64,000 nt of DNA from Acidobacteriota bacterium (GCA_013289875.1 JABCZC010000013.1:7069-71068), one strand, 5' to 3'. Shown: positions 24,644 to 34,760, counted from the first letter of the stretch. Notes: generated by a model from the letters alone, not told the origin. Numbers and translations: made by a program.

Positions 24644-26551
24644 ATGAGCCTATTTTGGCTGCCACAACAACCTGATTGGAACGCCGCGCTCCTGGAAGCC
24701 CGCAAGCGCCCGGCCCGCGAAGTCGCGCCCCGCTTTGTGGCTCTGGCGAACACCTCGATCGACTTTCTGCAGACCGCGAAGCTGGATAAGATCGTCCAGC
24801 AATGCGGCGATGATTTACGCGCTGCCCTGACGCGGACGCGCCCCATGAAGCTGGCGCTTCTCGGTTCATCGACGCTAACTCACCTGGTTCCGGCGATCCG
24901 GATGGCGGCGCTCCGGCGCGGATTCTGGCTCGATGTCTTTGAAGGCGATTACGGCATGTATCATCATGAGCTGGCCGACCCTTCCTCTGCGCTTTACACC
25001 TTCCAGCCCGATGTCGTGCTGCTGGCTCTCGATGCCCAGCATATTGCGGGAGGAAACGGCGCCTCAGCCGAGCATTCGCTTGCGAACCTCACTGCTTGCT
25101 GGAAACTCGCCCAGGAGCAGTTAGGCGCGACTGTGATTCAGCAAACGGTTCTGCCGGTCTTTGCGCCGCTGCTGGGAAACAACGAGCAGCGCCTTCCCTT
25201 GTCTCCGTTCTCGATCGTTGCCGAAGTGAACCACCGGCTGCGCCAGCAGGCGCCACAGGCCGGCGTGCACCTGCTCTCACTCGACACGTTGACGCAGGAC
25301 GAAGGTCTGAAGACCTGGCATGATCCGGCCTTGTGGCACCGGTCAAAGCAGGAAGTCAGCCCTCGCATGGCGCCTCTTTACGGCGATCACGTCGGTCGCT
25401 TGCTGGCCGCCCTGCGAGGACTCTCCTATAAATGCCTGGTGCTCGATCTCGACAATACACTCTGGGGCGGCGTCATCGGCGACGACGGTCTTGAGGGCAT
25501 TCTGCTCGGCCAGGGACACGCCGTTGGCGAAGCCCATACCGCATTTCAGCATTACGCAAAGGAACTCGCCGGTCGCGGCGTCATCCTCGCCGTGTGCTCG
25601 AAAAACGACGATGCGAATGCGCGCGCGGCGTTTGAGCGGCATCCTGAAATGCTCCTCAGGATCAAGGACATTGCCTGCTTCATCGCTAATTGGCAGGACA
25701 AGGCCACTAATCTCAGGACCATCGCCGAAACCTTGAATATCGGCCTCGATTCGCTGGTCTTTGCCGACGACAACCCCTTCGAGCGCAATCTGATTCGGCA
25801 GGAATTGCCGATGGTCGCGGTACCCGAGTTGCCGGAAGATCCCGCGCTCTACGCCTCCACCATCGCCGGCGCCGGTTATTTCGAGTCCCTGTCCGTCACC
25901 AAGGAGGATCTGGAGCGGGGCCAGCAGTACCAACTCAATGCCGAACGCAATCGTCTGAGGGAATCCTCGACCGACATGGCGGGCTTTCTGCGCGGGTTGG
26001 AGATGCAGCTGATCTGGTCGCCCTTCGACTCGGTCGGGCTCAGCCGCATCACCCAGCTCATCAACAAGAGCAATCAGTTCAATCTCACCACCCGCCGTTA
26101 CACTGAGACAGAAGTAGCGGAGTTGATCGGTCAGCCGGAGTGCCTGACCTTGCAGCTTCGCCTTACCGACCGCTTCGGCGACAATGGCATCATCGCGATC
26201 ATTATTGGCCGGCCAGCTCACGGCTCTGAAACAGACGTGCTCGAACTGGACACCTGGCTGATGAGCTGCCGCGTTCTCGGGCGTCAGGTGGAGGAAGCGA
26301 CCCTGGAGCTGATCGTGAAACAGGCGAAGCTGCTCGGAGCCAGACGCATCGCCGGGTTCTATCTGCCCACCGCAAAGAACGGCATGGTGAAAGACCATTA
26401 CGGACGGCTGGGATTTTTGCAGACGAGTCTCGCCGAGGACGGAAGTTCAAGTTGGATTCTCGAACTCAAGACTTTTGAAGCGAAGCCCACATTCATTCAA
26501 ATCGTGGAAGGAACCCTTGACCACAGAACAGATTTACGCGAAGCTCACTGA
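24644..26551 (+). CDS. FkbH-like HAD-IIIC family protein (putative glyceryl-ACP-forming loader)
   Basis: LVLDLDNTLWGGVIGDDG is the FkbH/HAD-IIIC signature. The C-terminal GNAT-like region is typical of FkbH-like proteins. It is followed directly by an ACP gene. Confidence 0.8.
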   Translation: MSLFWLPQQPDWNAALLEARKRPAREVAPRFVALANTSIDFLQTAKLDKIVQQCGDDLRAALTRTRPMKLALLGSSTLTHLVPAIRMAALRRGFWLDVFEGDYGMYHHELADPSSALYTFQPDVVLLALDAQHIAGGNGASAEHSLANLTACWKLAQEQLGATVIQQTVLPVFAPLLGNNEQRLPLSPFSIVAEVNHRLRQQAPQAGVHLLSLDTLTQDEGLKTWHDPALWHRSKQEVSPRMAPLYGDHVGRLLAALRGLSYKCLVLDLDNTLWGGVIGDDGLEGILLGQGHAVGEAHTAFQHYAKELAGRGVILAVCSKNDDANARAAFERHPEMLLRIKDIACFIANWQDKATNLRTIAETLNIGLDSLVFADDNPFERNLIRQELPMVAVPELPEDPALYASTIAGAGYFESLSVTKEDLERGQQYQLNAERNRLRESSTDMAGFLRGLEMQLIWSPFDSVGLSRITQLINKSNQFNLTTRRYTETEVAELIGQPECLTLQLRLTDRFGDNGIIAIIIGRPAHGSETDVLELDTWLMSCRVLGRQVEEATLELIVKQAKLLGARRIAGFYLPTAKNGMVKDHYGRLGFLQTSLAEDGSSSWILELKTFEAKPTFIQIVEGTLDHRTDLREAH

Positions 26552-26759
26552 CATTTTCCGGGACGTTTTTGACGACGAATCGCTTGTATTGACACCGGAG
26601 CTCACCGCGAGCGATGTGCCGGGCTGGGATTCCTTCAATCACATCAATCTGATCGTTGCCACTGAAGTGCAGTTCAAGATCAAGTTCAAAACCGCGGAAC
26701 TCGAATCGCTGCGCAACGTGGGCCACCTGGTCGAAGTCATCGCCTCGAAAGTCGGGTGA
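26517..26759 (+). CDS. Discrete acyl carrier protein
   Basis: DVPGWDSFNHINLI carrier motif. TTG 26517 has GGAAGGA 4 nt upstream (the track ORF starts at 26475 and overlaps the FkbH-like gene). Confidence 0.8.
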   Translation: MTTEQIYAKLTDIFRDVFDDESLVLTPELTASDVPGWDSFNHINLIVATEVQFKIKFKTAELESLRNVGHLVEVIASKVG

Positions 26760-26915
26760 GCCTGCTCCGAAAAAGTGAACAGAGAAGACGGCGAAGGCTC
26801 TGTTCCTGCTCCCCCAAAAGGGTTTGGCAATTCGTCGGTTTGCCTGAGTCGCCGCGAAGGCGTGGTGTATAGTGGAGGCGATTGCGATGGCCAAAATGGA
26901 GATTCCGGCTTGAAT

Positions 26916-27713
26916 ATGGCACAACTGCGCGATCTGAAATACGAATTCATCCGTACGCCCTTTGAACAACCGCTGATGCGCCTGCGCGAAGCTGCAGGCT
27001 ACTTCTGGCGCAGGAGAAATCCGGAACTGCGCGAAGTCTATCTCGAAGGTGATCGCATCGACGCGCTCTGGAAGAAAATCATCCGCAAAGATACCAACTG
27101 CATCGACGCGGGCTGCCACTACGGCGCCATGCTCAGCCGCTTCTGCAACCTGGCCCCCCAGGGCAAGCATCTGGCTGTGGAGGCGATGCCCTCCAAGGCA
27201 ACTTTCCTGCGCCGCAAGTTCCCTGATGTCGAAATACGAAATATTGCATTGTCCGACGAGCCCGGAGTCGCCAGCTTCTACATTGATATGGACAAAACCG
27301 GTTTCAGCGGGCTGGCCAAGCACACCGATGGCAATTTCAAGAAAATCGAAGTCGCCTGCGATCGCCTGGACACGATCATCCCACAGGACCGCCGCTTCGA
27401 TGTGCTTAAAGTAGACGTCGAAGGGGCCGAGTTGCCGCTCTTTCGCGGGGCGACTGAATATTTGAAGCGCGACCGCCCAGTCGTACTCTTTGAATGTGGA
27501 CCTTCGGGACCGCCCGCGTTTGGCTACACAGCAGGCGACTTGCACGACTTCTTCTCCGCCAACAACTACGCCGTGTTTTTCCTGAAGGATATTCTCGAAG
27601 GCGGAGCGCCCGTGGACCGGGCCTCGCTCGAAGCTGCTCTGGTTTTCCCATTTAAGGCGCTTAACTGGGTTGCGGTTGCGAACAGCCGCATCTCAGAAAT
27701 CGCATCCGCATAG
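26916..27713 (+). CDS. FkbM-family methyltransferase
   Basis: IDAGCHYGAM...VLKVDVEGAELPLFRGA. ATG 26916 is preferred over the track start at 26775. Confidence 0.8.
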   Translation: MAQLRDLKYEFIRTPFEQPLMRLREAAGYFWRRRNPELREVYLEGDRIDALWKKIIRKDTNCIDAGCHYGAMLSRFCNLAPQGKHLAVEAMPSKATFLRRKFPDVEIRNIALSDEPGVASFYIDMDKTGFSGLAKHTDGNFKKIEVACDRLDTIIPQDRRFDVLKVDVEGAELPLFRGATEYLKRDRPVVLFECGPSGPPAFGYTAGDLHDFFSANNYAVFFLKDILEGGAPVDRASLEAALVFPFKALNWVAVANSRISEIASA

Positions 27714-27724
27714 TCCGACACGCC

Positions 27725-30334
27725 ATGGAGAAGCGGCATCTGTTCATTCCGGTTCTGCGATGGCTAGCTCTGCTGTTGCTTGCCTTGCCGTCACCGGCGA
27801 TCGCACAGACCGTCGTCAATGTGGATCCCATGACCACCCTTCGCGGATATACGCAGAAGCCCGGCGCGAACATGGGAACGCCGACCAACTACGACTCTGG
27901 AATCATGTACAAAAACCTCCTCCTGCCGGCCAATGTCGGCGGCGAAGGAGCCTTACTGCAGCAGATATGGCAGGTTCAGTCGGGGGCCACTCCGCTCTCC
28001 ACGACGCGGTTCAACTCGAACATCAATAATTCGCAGTACGATCAGGTGCCAGAGAATTGGTGGAAGGGTGCGCAACTCAGGGTTATCCAGTCATGCGGCG
28101 CAAACTCTGAGAATTGCTCCGGCGGTGGCGCGGAACTTGGCTGCTCCTCGACTATCGTCGCGAACACGAAGGCAGGCTCTGCCCCCAACGGAGCTACCTA
28201 CACTTTCTCCCCGGCATGCGCTGCGCCAATTGCACCCGGCGACGTGATCGTTCTCAAGCAGACCTTTGCACCGCTGACGGAAACGCAGCTTACGACGGGC
28301 GGCTGGGGAGCCGGTATCTCGGAAGCGAACGGCGGACATATCTCCGAAGAGACAACCGATGTATGCGAAGGCTGTGGAGCGTCCAGTTACAAGATGGATC
28401 TCACCGCCGGGGGACAGGCTTCCGTCATGATTCGCTTCCAGATCGACCATCTCGATGTCGGCGGGACGGTTGTAAACATGTTTCGCAGGATCAATGGTAC
28501 GTATGTCCTGAAGTTCATGGCGAAGCAGGTTTCCGGTTCCACAACCCTTTCCGTACAGGCGTCCAGGTACGGAGGATTCAACTGTGGTCCGTATCGCGCG
28601 GTGCTAACCCCCCAGTGGGCGCAATTCAAGATCCCCTGCAAAGCCGCCGAGGGAATCATGAAGCAGGAGAATTCGGCGATTCAGGTCGAATGGATAGGAC
28701 GAGGCGGTGGAGTGGTGTATCTCGACAATCTGGACTTCGAGCAGGACCCTGCTACCACTGATCCCGCCAATTCCACGATCTTCTCGGATCAGTACGTCAA
28801 TGCCCTGAAGACTGTGTTCGCCACCGGGACCCCCGGAAACCCGGGCACGCTGCGCTACAATCCCGCGCCGTCTTCCGAGACGCTGGACAGCTGGTTGTTG
28901 CCGCTCTACGCACGCATGATGACAAACGCGGGAGTGGACAATGGCTTTTACACTTCGGCCTCCTCGAAGACATCTCTGCAGGACTTCCTCCATCTTTGCC
29001 AGGTTGTGGGCCTAGACCCGCTCATTATCCTGCCGATCACCTTCACCGAGGCTGACGCGAAGGGTCTGGTGGACTTTCTCTATGGCGGACCCAACACGGT
29101 ATATGGTGCAAAGCGCATCGCCCTAGGCGGCCCCAATGCCGCTGGTGGCTATGCGTCCGTCTTCAAGGTGATTCACATGGCGCTGGGCAATGAGAACTGG
29201 AATGGCGGGTTCACGTCGCAGGCCATAGGCTTTCGTTTCGGCATAGCCAGCGTCTACCAGGACTACACATCGCGATTCAACACGTTGGCCACAGACATGC
29301 GCGCGATGCCCAGCTATGTGAGTGCGCAGACCGAGTTGGTGATGGGTGTACAGGCGGCCGGTGCGGGGGCCTTCATGGTGAACGTTGCTAACTACGGACA
29401 TCCGGACGCAATTGAAATCGCGGAATATACCCAGACCTCGGTATCTGACTATGCGACACCCGCGCTTCTCTTTACGCCAGCCTTTGCCGAGGCTTACGTG
29501 AACATGAATCAGCCCGACCAAGGATTTTACGGGGCGTACAAAGCGATCCAGGCACAGAAAACCTGCGGCGCGAATCATGCGACTCCGTGTAAGGTGAACA
29601 TCTACGAGGAGAATAACGGAGGAGCCGAGGGAAACGCTCCACAGTCTGCGATGAATGGTTTCGCCAATGGCGGGGCCTATGGCGTCATCATGTTCAACCA
29701 GTTTCTTCAGTCCATGCAGACGGGAAACATCATGACGCAGGACTTCTTCGCGTTAACAGGCTATTTCGAGTTCGATCACTCGAAGTACTTGAAGCTCTAT
29801 GGCGCAGCCATCGATTACGGGGGTGCATGCAGTTTTGCCAACAGCGCTATTTTTGGCGGCAACTTCTGTCCTCGGCCGACGATGTTGGCCCTCCAACTGG
29901 CAAATAGCCTGGTGATCGGAAAGATGATTGGCTGTTCGATCTCCGGCGCGACGGGAGCGGCTCCGTATGACCTGCCGCCTAACCACAACGGCGTGAACGC
30001 GCAGAAGAATGTGCCGACGATCTATGCCTACTGCTTCCAGTCTGCGGCCGACCCGAATCAATATGGAGTAGCGATTGTCAACGAGAGCCTGACCACTTCC
30101 TACCCCATTACGTGGGCCGGCAAGGCAGCGCCCAGCAGTGGTGTGAAGCGAATACGACTGGCTCCCGCGAATCCCTTCGACACAAACGAGGCACCTGCAA
30201 ACTGGGTGACAAACACCGCCGTGGCCAAGGTCAGTCTGGCGACGGCCACGGGGCTGAATATCGCTTCCGGCGATACTGTGCCTCCAGATAGCGTTTCGGT
30301 CTACCTATATTCCACCGGCGCAACTCCGCAGTAA
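27725..30334 (+). CDS. Secreted protein, CBM-like beta-sandwich plus putative clan GH-A glycoside hydrolase
   Basis: Signal peptide (LLLLALPSPAIAQ), a CBM4/9-like segment ending VVYLDNLDFEQD, and a GNE-type motif IHMALGNENWNGGF. Family not assigned. Confidence 0.5.
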   Translation: MEKRHLFIPVLRWLALLLLALPSPAIAQTVVNVDPMTTLRGYTQKPGANMGTPTNYDSGIMYKNLLLPANVGGEGALLQQIWQVQSGATPLSTTRFNSNINNSQYDQVPENWWKGAQLRVIQSCGANSENCSGGGAELGCSSTIVANTKAGSAPNGATYTFSPACAAPIAPGDVIVLKQTFAPLTETQLTTGGWGAGISEANGGHISEETTDVCEGCGASSYKMDLTAGGQASVMIRFQIDHLDVGGTVVNMFRRINGTYVLKFMAKQVSGSTTLSVQASRYGGFNCGPYRAVLTPQWAQFKIPCKAAEGIMKQENSAIQVEWIGRGGGVVYLDNLDFEQDPATTDPANSTIFSDQYVNALKTVFATGTPGNPGTLRYNPAPSSETLDSWLLPLYARMMTNAGVDNGFYTSASSKTSLQDFLHLCQVVGLDPLIILPITFTEADAKGLVDFLYGGPNTVYGAKRIALGGPNAAGGYASVFKVIHMALGNENWNGGFTSQAIGFRFGIASVYQDYTSRFNTLATDMRAMPSYVSAQTELVMGVQAAGAGAFMVNVANYGHPDAIEIAEYTQTSVSDYATPALLFTPAFAEAYVNMNQPDQGFYGAYKAIQAQKTCGANHATPCKVNIYEENNGGAEGNAPQSAMNGFANGGAYGVIMFNQFLQSMQTGNIMTQDFFALTGYFEFDHSKYLKLYGAAIDYGGACSFANSAIFGGNFCPRPTMLALQLANSLVIGKMIGCSISGATGAAPYDLPPNHNGVNAQKNVPTIYAYCFQSAADPNQYGVAIVNESLTTSYPITWAGKAAPSSGVKRIRLAPANPFDTNEAPANWVTNTAVAKVSLATATGLNIASGDTVPPDSVSVYLYSTGATPQ

Positions 30335-30349
30335 TTGGTCCCTGATGTC

Positions 30350-31438
30350 TTAGGACAGCTCCAGGACCAGCGGCTTCTTTGCTTCAGGCTTTTTGTGCGC
30401 GGCCTGCAGGAAGCGGCGCTCCACCGTGTACCAGCTGATAACAGCGACCACGAGGGTCGCTGGGGTGGCGCAAGCGAAGAGTAACAGCGGCGGAATCGTG
30501 TGACCGATCGCCGAGAGGATGAGTTGCTGTATTGGAAAGGCGTAGAGGTAAGTGCCATACGAAAAGTCGCCGAACCGATTGGTCTGATGAAGCCGTATCG
30601 CCGGAGAAAAGCAAAAGCACATAACAAGGTAGGTACCGGCGATCGGGAACAGCGCTGTATATCCCAGGGGCAGAATGCAGGCGGCGACCAGGGCCAGCGA
30701 CGCGACCAGGATCGGCCCGCGAGATAGTGGCAACGAATTGCGGAAGCGATAGAAAACAACGCCTGCCAGGTACATTGGCAGCAACCTGGCCCAGAACGGG
30801 GGGTATCCCCATATTTTCCCGAGAACTCCGCCGGAGATGTGCCATTTGAAGTAGGCAAACAGCAGGCTCACCACAATCGACGCGGCGAACACCCAGGCGA
30901 GAAACGCCTTTGAGCGCAGTAGGCCGGTTAATCCCAGGATAAGAACCCCGATATAGCACCAGAACTCGTAGGAAATTGACCACAGAGAGCCGTTGATGAC
31001 GCCCGGCGCAGGATTGGACGGAAACGCGCCGGAGTAGGTCAATCCCGTCAGTCGCAGCGTGTTGCCAATCACATTCACCAGCTTGTCGAGCAAAGATGCC
31101 CCGTCGACGCGCGCGTGTGCCAATGGATTGATCACCACGAGGGTCAACAACGAGAGCAGGACGAAGGCGGGGTAGATACGGGCAGCACGCTTGCGGAGAA
31201 ACGACGCCGCGGAACTTGAGCGTTCGTAACTGGCCGCAATAAGAAAGCCGCTCAGGATGAAGAAGAGATCGACCGCGACGTGACCGCCGGTCACTTGCCC
31301 TCGTGAAAGAAGATTGAAGGGCTCGGTCCTCTCGTGCCCCAGAGTCAGCGGGAAGGAATGGGAAAAAATCACCAGCAGAGCGAGAGTGATCCGTACGAAA
31401 TCGATGTTGTTCTGCCGCTGATCGAAGATGGCCTTCAT
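30350..31438 (-). CDS. Acyltransferase family 3 (OafA/YrhL-like O-acyltransferase)
   Basis: NNIDFVRITLALLVIFSHSF start and about 10 TM helices. The overlapping 30384-31460 ORF is the wrong frame. Confidence 0.85.
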   Translation of the reverse strand: MKAIFDQRQNNIDFVRITLALLVIFSHSFPLTLGHERTEPFNLLSRGQVTGGHVAVDLFFILSGFLIAASYERSSSAASFLRKRAARIYPAFVLLSLLTLVVINPLAHARVDGASLLDKLVNVIGNTLRLTGLTYSGAFPSNPAPGVINGSLWSISYEFWCYIGVLILGLTGLLRSKAFLAWVFAASIVVSLLFAYFKWHISGGVLGKIWGYPPFWARLLPMYLAGVVFYRFRNSLPLSRGPILVASLALVAACILPLGYTALFPIAGTYLVMCFCFSPAIRLHQTNRFGDFSYGTYLYAFPIQQLILSAIGHTIPPLLLFACATPATLVVAVISWYTVERRFLQAAHKKPEAKKPLVLELS

Positions 31439-31607
31439 ACCCGGCTCCAGGGGTGCGCACTTTCAGCCCGGCGATAGTTTCGTAGACGGATTGCCAACCG
31501 CGCAGGGATCACCCCAAGATCTCCTTGCGAGCGCTCGAGCAGGCGCTCCTCTCCGGGAGCCGCTATGCGAGTGAACAGCATAGCCCGATGACAGCGACAG
31601 TGGACAT

Positions 31608-32957
31608 TCAAGCAATGACTCGCCGAAAGGAGAAACGAGTGCTTACCGGTTGGGGCAACGTTACGCCCACGCTCTGGGTTTGACGCAGAGACTGGCTCCA
31701 GCCAGCCAGCAGGAAAAACAGCGGATACATTGGTCCACCCAGATAAACGCTGGTCAGCGAAAGCAGGAACCCCGCCATGCCACCGCCAACGCAGAGAGCA
31801 AAATAAATGTCGACGCGCTGTGTCGATCTGCGCACTGCCAGAAAAACGGCCAGCAACGATTCCAGGCCCAGGAGGACAAATGTCCATAGACCAAGACTGC
31901 CCTGTGTGAGCTGGAAATAGAGATATGCGTTATCGATCGAGTACTGTCCGTCAACCGATGGTCTGTCAACAACGCCATACCCGAAGAGCCCACCTTTCTC
32001 GACGATCGGCTTGTAGTTATCGAGCAGCTGGCGACGGTAGATTGCAGTCTGTTGCTCCACCGTGGGCGCCGACCAGTAATCAGCGGTGGCGTACTGCTGA
32101 ATTTTGATATAAGCGATTGTTCCGCCAATCGCTATCAGAAATAAAGTAATAACGGCGGCGCGGCCCATCTTCTTTGCCTTGCCAATGCGAGCAACCATGT
32201 ATCCGAGGATGGTGCCGATGATCGGTCCGCGGGACAGGGTCATAAGCACGCCGCCTGCGATGGCGAGCGACAGTATGGTCGATCGCCAAAGCCCCCAATA
32301 TTTTGGCTCGTTCCCTCGCGATTTATCCAGAACCCCGAGCCACATGCTGAAGAGCCAGGCGATCGAGAACATCGTGCCGGCCATGATTGCTCCCACAAAG
32401 GGTCCTGCGATTCGTATGAAGCCGTTGCGACCCTGGCCTATCCACCCCTGGTTTTCGCGAAGGATAAAGTTAGCTACAGTGGTAAACAGGTCATTTCCCA
32501 TTCTGAATTCCCAGATGGATACAACCGCGATGAAGGCCACAATGTACACGTATCGCCGGGCAAATCGCTCGCGTACCCCTTCCTGTTCGAGCAGCATCTT
32601 GCCAAGAATATAGGGTAGGCCGCCTGCAATCACGCTATTGGCGAAAAGCAGGCCCGCGTTGGAAGCGCCTGAATGCGATAGTTCCGAGTAGTAAGACCCG
32701 CCGAAAAAGAGTGCCATCCACAGATCCGCGCGCTGTAACTTCCACTCCCTCCAATGGCGAACAAGAATAGTCACCACAATGGGAATGAGCGCAGCGCCCC
32801 CAAAATCCAACCCGGGAAGATGGGGAAGCTTGAGCCCATAAAAGGAAGGAATGAGAAGGAACGCGGGAAGGTAAACGTTGACTGCCGCGTCGGCAATCGA
32901 GCGCGTTTTGATCTGGTATATGGAATAAAACAAGACAAGAAAGACTGTTAGTTCCAT
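31608..32957 (-). CDS. Wzy/O-antigen-ligase-like polymerase
   Basis: Polytopic membrane protein with a Wzy_C-like LMTLSRGPIIGTILG segment. Confidence 0.7.
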   Translation of the reverse strand: MELTVFLVLFYSIYQIKTRSIADAAVNVYLPAFLLIPSFYGLKLPHLPGLDFGGAALIPIVVTILVRHWREWKLQRADLWMALFFGGSYYSELSHSGASNAGLLFANSVIAGGLPYILGKMLLEQEGVRERFARRYVYIVAFIAVVSIWEFRMGNDLFTTVANFILRENQGWIGQGRNGFIRIAGPFVGAIMAGTMFSIAWLFSMWLGVLDKSRGNEPKYWGLWRSTILSLAIAGGVLMTLSRGPIIGTILGYMVARIGKAKKMGRAAVITLFLIAIGGTIAYIKIQQYATADYWSAPTVEQQTAIYRRQLLDNYKPIVEKGGLFGYGVVDRPSVDGQYSIDNAYLYFQLTQGSLGLWTFVLLGLESLLAVFLAVRRSTQRVDIYFALCVGGGMAGFLLSLTSVYLGGPMYPLFFLLAGWSQSLRQTQSVGVTLPQPVSTRFSFRRVIA

Positions 32958-33215
32958 TACCGGCTTCCAGGCCTCACACTAAGGTTGAAGATTCGTGACT
33001 CGGACCAAACCGTGCTCTCCCCTGAACAGGCGTATCGTAGCCGAGCCTAATCGCGCGGCGGCATGCCCTGAATCGCTCTGCACCACTCCTGGGAACGGAT
33101 CGCACAGGTCGCCTGCCGGACCGCGGACGCCGTAGATCGACCTACCCAATGATGTTCTCGCAGTTTCCGGCATTTTGCCATGCAACCTAAGTAGCATATC
33201 GGGGCGGATTCGACT

Positions 33216-34760
33216 TCAGATTCGATGCCAAAGGCTAGCCGTTGACCTGCTGAAGCGCTTCTTGAAGCCCGGGCCGTCCGCCACCCGCGTCTCAACGTCG
33301 CCTGGGGCCGGTGAACGGGTGCTCATCCCGCCAATGACAAGCACCAGGGGCAGGATCATGCCGCTGTTCAGCAGATTGTCGATCGCCGCCAATAAAAGTA
33401 CAGCGGCCAGGCTGAGGCGCAAGTCAGTGTCCGCGAGATTGCCACGAGCCAGCGGAAACCAGCAGGCGCCGATAACTGGCACAAGCTGCAAGGCCTCGAG
33501 GGCGACAAGGCCGACAGCTCCGTACATACCGTAGGCCAGCAGCCAGAGTCCCCACGGCCGATCCACGCCGCCTTCCCACCAGTTCCATTGTCCCCAGCCG
33601 AGGAAGGGATGGGCGAGCGCTGTTTTTACGTGGCGTTCATCCTGCTCCAAACGCCAGCCGAAGGACTGGCGCCCGGCCTTTACCATCAGGTTGGCGACTG
33701 CATGAGCAGGTCTCTCATGATCGACCAGCCATCGCAGCGAAACTACATTCGTCAGCCGGAATCCGGCAAAGCACAACACTACAAGCACCAGTGCGATCAC
33801 AAACCGGCGCTGGAACCTGGCGCGTCTGAGCAGGACAAACGGTAACAGGCAGAGCAGCAGAATGATGCTGCCACCCGATTGGCAAAGAAGCGTGACCACA
33901 AAAAGCGTAATCGCCACCTGGCCGATGCTCAGCCCAAGCACACGGCGCACCGGACTCTGTTTTAAGAAGCCACTGTGTCTCCACAGGGCGGCAGCCAGCA
34001 GCGTCACCATCGCCATCCAGATACCGAGCTGATTGCCGTCTTCGAGAAAGCCAACCGGCCGAAATCCGATGTAGCGTTCCGCGCCCAGCCAGCGATAGGG
34101 CTGGAAGCCGTATACATGCGTGTAAAACTGCGGGCCCGAGACCAGTTCGATCAGGCAGATCGGAACATAGAGCAGGCCAGCCGTTACAAATGCTTTCGCC
34201 GCCAGCAGCAGAGAGGCGTCGTCGCAGAAATACAGGCGGCCCAGCAAGTAAGGAACACCCCATGCGAGAAGCTGGTAGAGCATTCCGCGCAGGCCCTCCC
34301 GCAAAGCCCCTTGATTCGAGGCATGGTTTGCGATTCCTGAGAGCAGAGGAACGGCGCACCAGAGCGTCATCGGCAAATCCCACCACGTCAACCGTAAACG
34401 CCGCAGAGCGCGTGGATCGAAAAGCAGGACTCCTGTCAGCGCCGTCAGGCCGGTGATGGTTGCCTTGGTGACAAAGTATCCCGCGGGAAGGGATGCGCTC
34501 AAAATCCAATACGGAAAAGGAGCGTCGGTCGGGACAAAATTAGCGGTCGGAAGCACTGCCCAACCGGCGATGAAGGTAAGCAGCACCGCAACACGGATCG
34601 GATAACGGTAGAAGAAATAGAGGCCGATCGGAACCCAGGCACACAGAGCGAGTAACGGGGAAACATGCATAGAGTCGTCCTCGCGCAACGAGGCGCTATC
34701 CATTTGATTGCGGGGGAGGAATCGACGAAAAAAGGGGCCCGCAGGGGGAGGCCTCTTCAA
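33216..34760 (-). CDS. Second Wzy/O-antigen-ligase-like membrane protein
   Basis: Polytopic, with LLCQSGGSIILLLCLL at the equivalent position. Start may be Met31 (34670). Confidence 0.6.
   Translation of the reverse strand: MKRPPPAGPFFRRFLPRNQMDSASLREDDSMHVSPLLALCAWVPIGLYFFYRYPIRVAVLLTFIAGWAVLPTANFVPTDAPFPYWILSASLPAGYFVTKATITGLTALTGVLLFDPRALRRLRLTWWDLPMTLWCAVPLLSGIANHASNQGALREGLRGMLYQLLAWGVPYLLGRLYFCDDASLLLAAKAFVTAGLLYVPICLIELVSGPQFYTHVYGFQPYRWLGAERYIGFRPVGFLEDGNQLGIWMAMVTLLAAALWRHSGFLKQSPVRRVLGLSIGQVAITLFVVTLLCQSGGSIILLLCLLPFVLLRRARFQRRFVIALVLVVLCFAGFRLTNVVSLRWLVDHERPAHAVANLMVKAGRQSFGWRLEQDERHVKTALAHPFLGWGQWNWWEGGVDRPWGLWLLAYGMYGAVGLVALEALQLVPVIGACWFPLARGNLADTDLRLSLAAVLLLAAIDNLLNSGMILPLVLVIGGMSTRSPAPGDVETRVADGPGFKKRFSRSTASLWHRI

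Noticed and set aside
30384-31460. 358-aa ORF overlapping the acyltransferase-3 gene on the same strand.
   Set aside because: It is in a different frame and Arg/Ser/Pro-rich with no TM pattern. The 30350-31438 frame gives a canonical Acyl_transf_3 membrane protein.
12244-34760. Possible PEP-CTERM/exosortase system, suggested by a sigma-54 response-regulator-like activator, a chain-length determinant, Wza and O-antigen-ligase-like genes.
   Set aside because: No exosortase-like protein, no histidine kinase partner and no ORF ending in a PEP-TM-basic sorting signal is visible in the window. The association cannot be supported from this sequence.
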